64,000 nt of DNA from an uncultured Gemmatimonadales bacterium. GTDB taxonomy: Bacteria > Gemmatimonadota > Gemmatimonadetes > Gemmatimonadales > Gemmatimonadaceae. The stretch covers positions 1,920,001 through 1,984,000 of the forward strand of contig CAWKMU010000003.1 in NCBI GenBank assembly GCA_963850905.1. The letters are read 5' to 3'. Positions 12,388-22,079 of the stretch are shown one piece after another. Under the pieces are notes generated by a model. That model had not been told where the DNA came from, did not search any database, and saw nothing but the letters and a program-made list of their open reading frames with translations. Both the position numbers and the translations under genes were made by a program. How positions within the stretch are numbered: the stretch's first letter is position 1; each line of letters starts with the position of its first letter.

Positions 12388-12594
12388 CAGGGATCAGGGG
12401 TCAGGGGTCAGGGGTCAGGGTCAGGGGTCAGGGGTCAGGGTAACGACAGCGGATCCCGCGACACAGCGGAAAAACGCCGAGCGACGCCCGAGGGGAAACG
12501 TATGTTTTCGCAAAAGGCTGCGAATATCTGACGTACTAGGCATGCACGAGTGTCGTTGCATTTCCCTGACCCCTGGTCCCTGACCCCTAATCCC
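12388..12594. repeat. Inverted heptamer arrays (CAGGGGT)n ... (ACCCCTG)n enclosing a ~120-bp structured spacer
   Basis: Left arm 12388-12440 has about 8 units. Right arm 12563-12594 is tccctgacccctggtccctgacccctaatccc. Confidence 0.85.
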
Positions 12595-12608
12595 GCCGTT
12601 GGGGTGAC

Positions 12609-13361
12609 TCACTCCTTCACTCCCTGCGCCTCGAGCGCCGAGCGCAACTCATGACGCGCTCGGTGGATATATGTCTTCACGGTCCCGAGCGGGAGGTCGA
12701 GCGTTGTCGCGATCTCTTCGTACGATCGCCCTTCCACGTGGCGCATGATGATGCATGATCGATACTCGGGGCGCAGCGCAGCGATGGCGCGCTCGATGGC
12801 TGTCCCCAATTCGCGTGCCTCGAGGGACTCGAGCGCAGAGGGCGAGCGCGAGACGACCTCGAATGAGGTTGCATCTGCCTCTGCAGCCGTCGCTGCGTCG
12901 GGCGCGCCTGAAATGCTCACCGTCGGCAGCCGGCCCTTCCGCAAATGATCGATCGCCAGATTGTTCGCGATCTTGAACAGCCAGCTCGACAGCTTGAACT
13001 CGGGGGAATAGCGCTCGATATGGTTGAGCGCTTTGACGAAGGTGTCCTGGGCGAGCTCCTCTGCCGTCTCTCGATCTCGAACCATGCGATACACGAGTGA
13101 GAAAACGGGCCGCTCGTAGCGTCGCACCAGCTCCCGAAACGCTGCCTCACGCCCCTGTTGTGCCAGGACGACGACGTCCGCGTCGGGCAGGTTCGCGAGA
13201 TCAAACAGTGGTGTGGGCAATCGGATCGGGGCAGGGTAGCGCGGTGTAGCGTGCCGGACTATCCGCACGGGAAGGTAGCGGCCGCTGAAAGGGCGTAGCC
13301 AGAGGCCAGTCGTCGGAAGTAGCATCAGGGTGGCCGGACGTCGCCTTGCTCCGGGCCCCAC
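12609..13361 (-). CDS. ECF sigma-70 factor (SigW/RpoE-like); true start probably nearer 13220-13270
   Basis: AFRELVRRY, AEELAQDTFVKA, FKLSSWLFKIANN, SYEEIATTLDLPLGTVKTYIHRAR (regions 2 and 4). Confidence 0.93.
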   Translation of the reverse strand: MGPGARRRPATLMLLPTTGLWLRPFSGRYLPVRIVRHATPRYPAPIRLPTPLFDLANLPDADVVVLAQQGREAAFRELVRRYERPVFSLVYRMVRDRETAEELAQDTFVKALNHIERYSPEFKLSSWLFKIANNLAIDHLRKGRLPTVSISGAPDAATAAEADATSFEVVSRSPSALESLEARELGTAIERAIAALRPEYRSCIIMRHVEGRSYEEIATTLDLPLGTVKTYIHRARHELRSALEAQGVKE

Positions 13362-13367
13362 TGCGGG

Positions 13368-14132
13368 GTGACCTTTCCTCTCGTGAGCGCTGTGGAGACC
13401 GAGTCAGAGCTTGCCGAATCGGCAGCAGCGGGCGGCGCCGATAAGCAACGGTACGTGCGCCGGATCTTTTCGCAGATCGCTCCGCGCTACGATCTATTGA
13501 ACCACGTCTTGAGTCTCAACGTGGACCGCGCCTGGCGGCGCCGCGCGGTTCACGAGCTCGCCTGGGCTCGCTACCCGGCCGGCCTGTATGTCGACCTCTG
13601 TGCCGGCACGCTCGACATCTCCGCCTTGCTCGCTCGTCAGCAAGGGTTTGCCGGGCGCATCCTCAGCGCCGATTTTGCCGCGCCAATGCTTCGAGAGGGG
13701 GCGCACAAGGCGGCGGGCCGCCCTATACTCCCCGTTGCCGCGGACGTGCTCGAATTGCCGGTGCGCGACCACTCGGCACATGGGGCCATTGTCGCTTTTG
13801 GCCTGCGCAACGTCGTCGATCTGGATCGGGCGCTGGCCGAGGTTCGCCGCGTCCTCCTAAGCGGGGCTAAGCTCGTCATCCTCGAGTTCTCGATGCCGCG
13901 TGCACGCGTGTTTCGGACCCTGTACCGCGCGTACTTCGATCACGTGGTGCCGACGGTGGGCGGAGTCGTCAGTGGTCAGCCGACCGCGTACCGATATCTC
14001 CCTCGTTCGGTTGCGCATTTTCCGTCGCCTGCCGAGCTCGCGCGGCGGATGGAGCATGCGGGGTTCCGGCACGTTGGTTGGCAGGCGCTGACCCTCGGCA
14101 TCGCGACGGTCCACGTCGGAGAGGGACCGTGA
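13368..14132 (+). CDS. ubiE: Ubiquinone/menaquinone biosynthesis C-methyltransferase (UbiE/MenG)
   Basis: FSQIAPRYDLLNHVLS, DLCAGT, AFGLRNV, ILEFS, AYRYLPRSV. Confidence 0.92.
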   Translation: MTFPLVSAVETESELAESAAAGGADKQRYVRRIFSQIAPRYDLLNHVLSLNVDRAWRRRAVHELAWARYPAGLYVDLCAGTLDISALLARQQGFAGRILSADFAAPMLREGAHKAAGRPILPVAADVLELPVRDHSAHGAIVAFGLRNVVDLDRALAEVRRVLLSGAKLVILEFSMPRARVFRTLYRAYFDHVVPTVGGVVSGQPTAYRYLPRSVAHFPSPAELARRMEHAGFRHVGWQALTLGIATVHVGEGP

Positions 14133-15715
14133 GTCGGTCGCCCGCGTTGGACCGGCTCGGAGACTTCATCGCGGCGCTCGATCGTGCAGGTGAGTTGACT
14201 CGCATCAGCGTACCAGTCGCCGCACGTCTCGAGCTGTGCGAGATCAGCGATCGCATGATGAAACAGCCAGGCGGCGGCCGCGCCCTGCTGTTCGAGCGGG
14301 TCGTACTCGACGACGGCACGCGTGCCTCATGTCCCGTGGCGATCAACCTCTTCGGTTCGATACGACGGATGGCGATCGCGCTCGGCGTCGATGACCTGGA
14401 CGACATCGGGCGGCGAATCTCGGCCCTCCTCGAGCTCAAGGTGCCGGACGGCTTGCTCGCAAAGTTGGCGTTAATGCCGCGGCTCCTCGAAGTCGCGAAG
14501 TTTCCCCCACGGCTCCGGAGCGGCCCCGCGCCGTGTCAGGCGGTGGTCCGACGGGGAGACGAGGTCGACCTCCGGCAATTGCCGGTACTCACCTGCTGGC
14601 CGAAGGACGGCGGTCCCTACATCACCCTGCCGATGGTGATCTCGCGCGACCCGATCCGTGGCGTCCGCAATGTCGGCATGTATCGCGTGCAAGTGCTCGG
14701 TCCACGGACGGTCGCGATGCATTGGCAGCGACACAAGGTTGGTGCCGCGCATTGGCGCGCGATGGCGGAGCGCGGGGAGACGATGCCGGTCTGCATCGTT
14801 GTCGGTGCCGATCCCGCGTCCATCTACGCGGCAACCGCCCCGCTCCCGCCGACGGTGGACGAGCTGCTGTTCGCCGGATTCCTGCGGGAATCGCCGGTCG
14901 CACTGACCCGCGCGCTAACAACGGACCTCGAGGTGCCCGCCGAAGCCGAGTTTGTGATCGAGGGATACATCGACCCACGCGAACCCCTCGTTACCGAGGG
15001 GCCGTTCGGCGACCACACGGGCTTTTATTCCGAGGCCGATCTATATCCCGCCGTGCACGTGACGGCGCTGACGTGCCGACCGAATCCGATTTACGCGACG
15101 ACGATCGTCGGGCGCCCACCCATGGAGGACTACTACCTGGGCCACGCGACCGAGCGAATTTTTCTCCCCCTGCTGCGTCTCACCATTCCGGAAATCGTCG
15201 ACTACCACATGCCGGCAGAGGGCATCTTTCACAATCTCGTTTTCGTCGCGATCGACAAGCAGTATCCCGGTCAGGCTTACAAGGTCATGAACGCGCTGTG
15301 GGGTCAGGGCCTGATGTCGCTGGCCAAACTGATCGTGGTTGTGGACAAGGATGTGAACGTCCAGGATCCGGCGGAAGCCTGGTGGGTCGCCCTCAACAAC
15401 ATCGACCCCGAGCGCGATGCGCGGTTTACGATGGGTCCAATCAATGTACTGGACCACTCCAGCCGAGCGTTCACGTACGGGTCCAAAATGGGGCTCGATG
15501 CGACCCGCAAATGGCCCGAGGAAGGCTTCGGCCGGCAATGGCCTGAGCGCATCACCATGGACGCGGCCACGCGAGCACGGGTCGATACCCTGTGGAAGGC
15601 GCTCGCCTTGAATGGTTCCGCGCCAAGGCTCGATGGCTCGCGAGAGGGCAGCACCGACCGACCGGCGGCCGCAACGTCTGACGCAGCGCGCGCCGGGTTG
15701 GCGCAGGTCAGATGA
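14129..15715 (+). CDS. ubiD: UbiD-family (menaquinone biosynthesis) decarboxylase
   Basis: GTGA overlap. NVGMYR, EGPFGDHTGFY, GRPPMED, SKMGLDATRK. Confidence 0.93.
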   Translation: MSRSPALDRLGDFIAALDRAGELTRISVPVAARLELCEISDRMMKQPGGGRALLFERVVLDDGTRASCPVAINLFGSIRRMAIALGVDDLDDIGRRISALLELKVPDGLLAKLALMPRLLEVAKFPPRLRSGPAPCQAVVRRGDEVDLRQLPVLTCWPKDGGPYITLPMVISRDPIRGVRNVGMYRVQVLGPRTVAMHWQRHKVGAAHWRAMAERGETMPVCIVVGADPASIYAATAPLPPTVDELLFAGFLRESPVALTRALTTDLEVPAEAEFVIEGYIDPREPLVTEGPFGDHTGFYSEADLYPAVHVTALTCRPNPIYATTIVGRPPMEDYYLGHATERIFLPLLRLTIPEIVDYHMPAEGIFHNLVFVAIDKQYPGQAYKVMNALWGQGLMSLAKLIVVVDKDVNVQDPAEAWWVALNNIDPERDARFTMGPINVLDHSSRAFTYGSKMGLDATRKWPEEGFGRQWPERITMDAATRARVDTLWKALALNGSAPRLDGSREGSTDRPAAATSDAARAGLAQVR

Positions 15716-16620
15716 GCGCGCGCGAGGGGCAGACGTTTGCAGGATCTTCTCGCTGGCTCACGTACGTCAACTTCGTCAAGCTGCCGCACACGCTGTTCCT
15801 TCTGCCTTTCGCCATGGTCGGTGCCACGCTTGCGAGTTATCAAGCGCCGATCACCACGACCACCGTCGGATGGATTGTTGTCGCCTTCACGTCCGCACGA
15901 TTTGCCGCTATGGGCTTCAACCGGATCGTCGATCGTGAGTTCGACGCGCGCAATCCGCGGACAGCGCGACGCGAACTGCCTACCGGTGCGCTCACGGTCT
16001 TCCAGGCACGCCTCGCGGTGGCCCTGGCCTCGACGCTGTTCGTGCTCGCGGCCTGGCGGCTCGGCAGGATCTGCCTGGTACTGTCTCCAGTCGCGCTCGG
16101 TTGGGTCTTCTTCTACAGCTATACGAAGCGATTCACTCGGTGGTCGCATCTCGTGCTCGGAGCGGGATTGGCGATCGCCCCCGTCGGCGGATACCTCGCG
16201 GTCGCGGGCCGATGGAGCGAGCCGTGGTGGCTGCTCCTCGCGCTCGCCGTCGCGGTCGCGAGCTGGTCGGGTGGCTTCGACATCCTCTATGCGCTCCAGG
16301 ATGTCGAGTTCGACCGCGCGGTGGCGCTTCATTCCCTGCCGGCGTCGGTCGGCGAGTGGAATGCCGTCCGCATTGCCCGGTCGCTCCATGTGATCACGAT
16401 TGCGGCACTCATGCTGGTCGGTGTGGCGTTCGGAGGCGGGGTGCTATACGGTGCAGGCGTCGCGACCGCTGGGGGCCTCCTCTTGTACGAGCACAGACTG
16501 ATCCGGCCCAACGATCTCTCCCGACTCGATGCAGCGTTCTTCACGATGAACGGTATCATCAGCGTCCTGTTCTTCGCGTTCGTCGCGGCGGAACGGCTCG
16601 CTGCGGCGTACTTCCGGTGA
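15712..16620 (+). CDS. ubiA: UbiA-like polyprenyltransferase (MqnP-type)
   Basis: KLPHTLF, MGFNRIVDREFDARNPRT, YSYTKRFT, GFDILYALQD. Confidence 0.92.
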   Translation: MSAREGQTFAGSSRWLTYVNFVKLPHTLFLLPFAMVGATLASYQAPITTTTVGWIVVAFTSARFAAMGFNRIVDREFDARNPRTARRELPTGALTVFQARLAVALASTLFVLAAWRLGRICLVLSPVALGWVFFYSYTKRFTRWSHLVLGAGLAIAPVGGYLAVAGRWSEPWWLLLALAVAVASWSGGFDILYALQDVEFDRAVALHSLPASVGEWNAVRIARSLHVITIAALMLVGVAFGGGVLYGAGVATAGGLLLYEHRLIRPNDLSRLDAAFFTMNGIISVLFFAFVAAERLAAAYFR

Positions 16621-17372
16621 CGAAATCAGGCGACAGCGCCCAGCCGTCTCGCGACGGCGTCGGGCGATCCCGTGCGGCCCGGCCGCTGCGCTCCCAGGAA
16701 CGGAGCACGCCAGAGAGCGGGGACGAGGCTGCACCGCTCACAGTCGCGATTACCGGCGCGTCCGGGGCGCCGTATGCGGTACGCCTGCTCGAGCTCCTGG
16801 CCGGCGCGCACCGACGCATCGCCCTGATCGTGTCCGCGCACGGTCGCCGCCTCTTGCAGACGGAGATGGACATCGATTCGCTCGATGATCTCCGTGATCG
16901 GATCGGAGCGAGTGCCTGGGATGCGACTGTGACGGCCTACGACGACGCCGACCGCGGGGCGCCGCCCGCATCGGGGTCCGCCCCAAGCGCCGGGATGGTG
17001 ATTTGCCCCTGCTCGCTCGGCACGTTGGCGGCGGTCGCTGCGGGGACATCCCGCTCACTCATCGAGCGAGCTGCGGATGTCGCACTCAAGGAGCGCCGGC
17101 GACTCATTCTTGTTCCGCGCGAGACGCCGTTGAGCATCATACACCTCGAGAACATGCTCCGCGTCTCGCGAGCCGGTGCAGTCGTCCTCCCCGCTGCACC
17201 AGGGTTTTACCACCGCCCCACCGACGTCGCGGCTCTCGTGGATTTCGTGGTCGCCCGCATTCTGGATCACTGTGGGGTGCCGCAAACAGTTGTGCCGCGA
17301 TGGAGCGGCAAGCCGGCGGACGGTGCAGGCAGCGCATCGCGCCGCGGGCGTCACACTGGACGCGTCGACTGA
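16617..17372 (+). CDS. ubiX: Flavin prenyltransferase UbiX
   Basis: ITGASGAPY, PASGS, RAADVALKERR, PRETPL, PGFYHRP. Confidence 0.93.
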   Translation: MTKSGDSAQPSRDGVGRSRAARPLRSQERSTPESGDEAAPLTVAITGASGAPYAVRLLELLAGAHRRIALIVSAHGRRLLQTEMDIDSLDDLRDRIGASAWDATVTAYDDADRGAPPASGSAPSAGMVICPCSLGTLAAVAAGTSRSLIERAADVALKERRRLILVPRETPLSIIHLENMLRVSRAGAVVLPAAPGFYHRPTDVAALVDFVVARILDHCGVPQTVVPRWSGKPADGAGSASRRGRHTGRVD

Positions 17373-17851
17373 CTCGCGCGCGTGAACACCTCATCGGGCT
17401 GATCGCGGACACACACGGCCTCGTGCGCGCGAGTGTGCACGTCGCACTCGCCGGGGTCGAGGTGATTCTGCACGCAGGGGACGTGGGTGCCGATGCCGTG
17501 TTGGACGAGCTCGGATTGATCGCCCCCGTGCGGGCTGTTCTCGGTAACACCGATCCGCCATCCGGCGTCCTGACACCTGAGGTCGTGTACTCCGCAGGGG
17601 GCGTCGACATCCATGTCAGTCACGGCCATGAGCTCGGTGCCCCGACGCCGGAGCGCCTACTCGAGCGATATCCACAGCGAGTGCTGGTCTACGGACATAC
17701 CCACCGTGCGCTCATCGCCGAGGCCGAGGGTCGCCTCGTCGTCAACCCCGGGGCTGCCGGGCCGCGTCGCTTCAACCTCACACCCAGTGTCGGACGGTTG
17801 CGCATCCGCGCCGGTGCCGTCGCTGCCGAGATCGTGGACTTGGAAGACTAG
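17300..17851 (+). CDS. YfcE/MJ0936-family metallophosphoesterase (start uncertain, 17300 or ~17369)
   Basis: ADTHG, HAGDVG, GNTD, SHGH, YGHTH, NPGAAG motifs. Confidence 0.88.
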   Translation: MERQAGGRCRQRIAPRASHWTRRLTRAREHLIGLIADTHGLVRASVHVALAGVEVILHAGDVGADAVLDELGLIAPVRAVLGNTDPPSGVLTPEVVYSAGGVDIHVSHGHELGAPTPERLLERYPQRVLVYGHTHRALIAEAEGRLVVNPGAAGPRRFNLTPSVGRLRIRAGAVAAEIVDLED

Positions 17852-17885
17852 GACGGGCGCCGCGCGGGCGCTGATCGCGCCCGCG

Positions 17886-17984
17886 AGAGAGTAGAAACTC
17901 AGAAAGTAGAAAGTAGACATCCCATACACGATCACGTCCGTGAAGTCGTTGTCTCCTTTCTCCTTTCTGCACTTCTCCTTTCTA
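17886..17984. repeat. Heptamer arrays (AGAAAGT)n left arm / (TCTCCTT)n right arm between convergent genes
   Basis: agtagaaactcagaaagtagaaagtaga and tctcctttctcctttctgcacttctcctttcta. Confidence 0.65.
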
Positions 17985-18003
17985 CGTGGCGCGTCAGCGC
18001 CCG

Positions 18004-18495
18004 TCATCCCCAGGGGGTCAGCCGTCCGCGCCGGCGAACAGGCCGGGCCATCCATTCGTGGCGCGAGCGCACGAGGAGGGCGCCGACGAGGATCGGCGCG
18101 ACTCCGCCGATGGCGAGATAGAGCAGGTCGCCCGCCAACTCGTATCGACCCGATGCCAGGTGATGGATACCGAGAATCTCGTGATTCAAGAGTCCCTCAA
18201 CGACATTGAACACCCCCCAGCCCAGCAGGGCCGATCCGAAAAACATTCGGGGCGAAGGCACGGGCATGCGGTGTCGAGCCGCACGATAGAGCCAGATTGC
18301 CCCGGCCACCGCTACGCCCCAGCAGAACGCCTCGTACGCGCCACCCCACCAGATGTTCGTGCGCAGGGCAGCGACGTCGATTGGCTGGATGACAGACGAC
18401 ACCATGAAGTGCCGTTGAAGCAACTGCTCTAACAGGATGCTGTCCGCCAATCCGCCCAGCCCTACGCCGAGTAGAACGGCTGCTGTTCGATACAC
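18004..18495 (-). CDS. DUF2243-like membrane protein
   Basis: GLGGLADSILLEQLLQRHFM and GWGVFNVVEGLLNHEILGIHH resemble DUF2243. Confidence 0.75.
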   Translation of the reverse strand: MYRTAAVLLGVGLGGLADSILLEQLLQRHFMVSSVIQPIDVAALRTNIWWGGAYEAFCWGVAVAGAIWLYRAARHRMPVPSPRMFFGSALLGWGVFNVVEGLLNHEILGIHHLASGRYELAGDLLYLAIGGVAPILVGALLVRSRHEWMARPVRRRGRLTPWG

Positions 18496-18613
18496 GAAAC
18501 CTCAGGCGTACAAGAGTGTGGAAAGGGCCGGGACTCGGAATTCGGGATCGGGATTCGGGGCACTACAAGAACACGGCCATCGTAGGAGACGATTCCGGCT
18601 TCCTACACGTCAG

Positions 18614-19828
18614 TCAGCACACCCAATCTCCGTCCGCCGGTCGCGTGCGAGCGAATTCGCCCGGGTGCTGACGGAACCACGCGGAGATGAGCATCAATTC
18701 GTCGACCTCATGGGCCGGGACGGCGCCCTTGGGTCCCTTCGGCCCACCGAACGTGTCGGCAACGAGCGTGCGCAACTGCCCACGATCCGCGGCGGTCTGC
18801 GGCACGGGAGCTTCCGCGCGAACGCAACCGCGCCGGATGAGATACATGCGGTCGTCGCCGTCGACTCCCGCGACCGTGTAGATGAACGACAGGGTCTCGA
18901 CGGCGAAGCGCAAGCGACCGAACTGCTCGAGCAGGCCCTCGAGGCGCTGTACCTTGTCGCGGAGCACGGCCGCCCGTTCGAACTCCAGCCGCGCGCTGGC
19001 GTCCCGCATTTGCGCGGTGAGTGACGCGATAGGGCCGTCGTCGGCTCCGTCCAAGAACGCCCGAGCGAGCTCGACCCGACGGGCGTACTCGCCGGTCGAA
19101 CATCCGCCGACACACGGACCGAGACACTTGTGGATCTCGTAGCGAATACATCCCGGAGTGCGGTCGGGCAGTACGAAGAGATCCGGCTGGTCGCTGAAGT
19201 GCATGCGGATGTCGCGCGCGCAATCGCGGAGTCCCAGCACATCGTTGAGCTCACGCAGCGCCTCGCCCACTCGACGCGCTCCGACGAACGGCCCGTAGTA
19301 CAGTTCGCCGTCATCTCCCCCGGCGGTCCGCACGACCGCCAGCTTGGACGCCGGGCCGCGAGTGATCTTGATGAACGCGTAGTTGTGGCCGTCTGCCTTC
19401 ATCGCCACGTTCAGCCGCGGCCGCAGCACCTTGATGAGCCGCAGCTCTTGGAGAAGCGCAGCGAACTCACTGGGGGTGTACTCCCAGTCGATCGACTCTG
19501 CGTGGCGGAGGATGCGCGCACCCTTGTCCCCGGGATAGGAGCACCGGAAGTAGCTGAGCAAGCGCGAGCGAAGCCGCTTGGATTTGCCGACATAGACCAC
19601 TTCGCCGTCCGCGCTCAGCATCCGATAGACCCCGGGGCGGTTCGTCGTTCCGGCTCGCACGGCGGCCCGCATGGCCCGCACCTGCGCTTCAGGCGTAGGT
19701 CCGCGCGCATTGCTCGAGCGCCCGCGGCGTGGCGGAGTGGCGGGGGCGTCAACGAGGACTGGCTCACCGCCGTCGCTCTCTCCGCCGATCGCCGTTCGAT
19801 CGACCCGGGCCGTCGACTGCCTGGCCAT
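18614..19828 (-). CDS. UvrC-like (Cho-like) GIY-YIG endonuclease with Cys cluster and UVR domain
   Basis: PGVYRM...VYVGKSKRLRSRLLSYF, CIRYEIHKCLGPC, ASARLEFERAAVLRD. Lacks the UvrC C-terminal half. Confidence 0.88.
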   Translation of the reverse strand: MARQSTARVDRTAIGGESDGGEPVLVDAPATPPRRGRSSNARGPTPEAQVRAMRAAVRAGTTNRPGVYRMLSADGEVVYVGKSKRLRSRLLSYFRCSYPGDKGARILRHAESIDWEYTPSEFAALLQELRLIKVLRPRLNVAMKADGHNYAFIKITRGPASKLAVVRTAGGDDGELYYGPFVGARRVGEALRELNDVLGLRDCARDIRMHFSDQPDLFVLPDRTPGCIRYEIHKCLGPCVGGCSTGEYARRVELARAFLDGADDGPIASLTAQMRDASARLEFERAAVLRDKVQRLEGLLEQFGRLRFAVETLSFIYTVAGVDGDDRMYLIRRGCVRAEAPVPQTAADRGQLRTLVADTFGGPKGPKGAVPAHEVDELMLISAWFRQHPGEFARTRPADGDWVC

Positions 19829-19831
19829 GCG

Positions 19832-20659
19832 TCAGTGCTGACAGCGGGGACAGAAAACCGTTTGACGCCCGTCTACCGCGTGCGTGCCAACCAGCCGGCT
19901 CTGGCACCGGAGGCACGGCAAACCAGCGCGCCCGTAGGCGGCCAGCTGTTTGGCGAACGCTCCAAAATCGCCGTACGGATCGCGATAGTCACGAAAGCTG
20001 GTGCCGCGCGCCTCGATCGCCTCCTGGAGCACGTCGACAATTGCACGGCGGAGCTCGCCCGCCTCAGCCGGCGCGATGCGGCGAGCGCTGCGTGACGGGT
20101 CGATTCCCGCACGCCAGAGCGACTCGTTCGCGTAGATGTTGCCGACGCCCGCCAAATGGCGCTGGTCCATGAGCACCTTTTTCACGGCCTGTCCCGACTT
20201 ACGCAAGACGTCTCGGAAGTTGTCGAGAGTGAACGCCGGGTCAAGCGGCTCGGGCCCGAGTCGAGCGACGTACTCCGCGAATCGCTGGGGTGCCATGAGG
20301 GTCACCGTACCGAGCCGCCGGATGTCGCGATAGTGCACCGTCCGTCCGTCGGCGAGATCGAGGGCGATCGTGGAGTAGCGTCGTTCGTTGTCGGGGAGAT
20401 CGCCGGTGTCGACGAGCAGCGCACCCGTGAACCGGGGCTGGATTACGAGACGGTCCCCCGAGGACAGGTCGATGACGATGAGCTTTGCCCGCCGCCAGGC
20501 TCGCAGAATGGTGGCGCCAGTCAGTCGGCGCTTGAACGTTCTGGGTGTGGTCTCCCGCAGGACGTCGGCATGCGTGACGCGAACTCCCGTGATGACCGCG
20601 CCCTGGAGCATCCGCTCCAAGTCGCGGGTGATCGTCTCGATCTCAGGAAGCTCGGGCAT
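19832..20659 (-). CDS. mutM: Formamidopyrimidine-DNA glycosylase
   Basis: N-terminal MPELPE, AGVGNIYANESL, C-terminal CLRC...CPRCQ zinc finger. Confidence 0.96.
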   Translation of the reverse strand: MPELPEIETITRDLERMLQGAVITGVRVTHADVLRETTPRTFKRRLTGATILRAWRRAKLIVIDLSSGDRLVIQPRFTGALLVDTGDLPDNERRYSTIALDLADGRTVHYRDIRRLGTVTLMAPQRFAEYVARLGPEPLDPAFTLDNFRDVLRKSGQAVKKVLMDQRHLAGVGNIYANESLWRAGIDPSRSARRIAPAEAGELRRAIVDVLQEAIEARGTSFRDYRDPYGDFGAFAKQLAAYGRAGLPCLRCQSRLVGTHAVDGRQTVFCPRCQH

Positions 20660-21995
20660 GGCGGGCAAGCTCACGCCACGCGATGTCCGTCCGGAAGTGC
20701 TTTCCGGCGAACTCCACGCGCGCAGCAAAATCGGCGCTCGCGCGTTGCGCGTCTGCTAAATCCGGTGCCACGGCTGTCACAGTGAGGACGCGGCCGCCTG
20801 CGGTCACCAACTCCCCGGCCGGATTGCGCGTGGTGCCTGCATGAAAGACGTAGATGCCATCCGTCGCGGGGGGCAGATGGATCACGTCCCCGGTTCTCGG
20901 ATGGTCGGGGTACCCGGCTGCCGCGACGACGGTGGCCACCGCCGACTGTGCTTTCGCCGGCCCCGGCCGAATGGCTGGCAGCCCTTCGCCTGCAGCGACC
21001 GCGCGCATCAAGGCCAGTATGTCGAACCGCGTAAGCGGGAGTATGGCCTGCGTCTCCGGGTCGCCCATCCGACAGTTGAACTCCACCACTCGTGGGCCAT
21101 CGTCTGTGAGCATCAGCCCTGCGTAAAGGACGCCCGTAAACGGGCTCCCACGCTCCCGTAACGCGGCGAGTGTGGGCTCGACGATCCGATCAGCCACCGT
21201 CCGCAGGAGACCCGTTATGCCTTGTGAGATCCCGGGACGCCCGTCGATGCCGCCCACGGGGCTCTCCGGAGCAGGTGGTGGCACTGGAGGATGCACAGGC
21301 GCATAAGCCCCCATACCGCCGGTGTTGGGCCCTTGGTCGCCGTCCAGGAGCCGCTTGTGATCCTGAGCCGCGACGAAGGGCACCCACTGCGTACCGTTGG
21401 TGAGAAAGTGCAGCGACAGCTCCTCGCCTCGCATGTGCTCTTCGACGAGGATTTCTGCCCCTGCCGCCCCAAAACGGTGGTGGGTCAACATGGCGTCGAT
21501 CGCTTCGTCGGCCGCGCGGGCCGTTTCAGCGACAATAACACCTTTCCCCGCTGCGAGCCCCGAGGCCTTGATGACCACAGGCAGGCCAAACTTCCTGGCG
21601 GCGCGCCGGGCAGCGTCTGGATCCGTGTGCCGCTCGGCCCTCGCGGTCGGCACGCCAGCGTCGATCATGAGCTGCTTGGCGAACACCTTCGAGCTCTCGA
21701 TCTGCGCCGCAGCTTTGGGCGGCCCGAAGATAGGGAGTTGGTGCTGCCGAAAGCGGTCGACGATGCCGAAGGCCAACGGTGCCTCCGGTCCCACCACGGT
21801 GAGCGCGGGACGTTCCACCTCGGCCAATGCGAGCAGGGCATCCACATCGGTCGCGGCTACCGGGACGCACCGAGCGTACTCTGCAAGTCCCGCGTTGCCC
21901 GGCGCCGCAATCAGCTCCAGGTGTGGGTCCTCGAGTCTCAACCGCCAGGCGAAGGCGTGCTCGCGTCCTCCGCCTCCCACAATGAGCACCTTCAT
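20643..21995 (-). CDS. purD: Phosphoribosylamine-glycine ligase
   Basis: GGGGREHA, GLAAGKGV, QDHKR, GPNTGGMGAY, EFNCRMGDPETQ. Confidence 0.97.
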   Translation of the reverse strand: MKVLIVGGGGREHAFAWRLRLEDPHLELIAAPGNAGLAEYARCVPVAATDVDALLALAEVERPALTVVGPEAPLAFGIVDRFRQHQLPIFGPPKAAAQIESSKVFAKQLMIDAGVPTARAERHTDPDAARRAARKFGLPVVIKASGLAAGKGVIVAETARAADEAIDAMLTHHRFGAAGAEILVEEHMRGEELSLHFLTNGTQWVPFVAAQDHKRLLDGDQGPNTGGMGAYAPVHPPVPPPAPESPVGGIDGRPGISQGITGLLRTVADRIVEPTLAALRERGSPFTGVLYAGLMLTDDGPRVVEFNCRMGDPETQAILPLTRFDILALMRAVAAGEGLPAIRPGPAKAQSAVATVVAAAGYPDHPRTGDVIHLPPATDGIYVFHAGTTRNPAGELVTAGGRVLTVTAVAPDLADAQRASADFAARVEFAGKHFRTDIAWRELARHARAS

Positions 21996-22079
21996 CGCTG
22001 CCCTGCTACCGATTCACTGCCCGCGCCAATCCGCCCAGCGGACGTCACCGGCGACGGGATGAGCCCGTGACGATCCGAT

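Noticed and set aside
12388..12440. Tandem repeats as a CRISPR array
   Set aside because: 7-nt units with no unique spacers, and no cas genes in the window.
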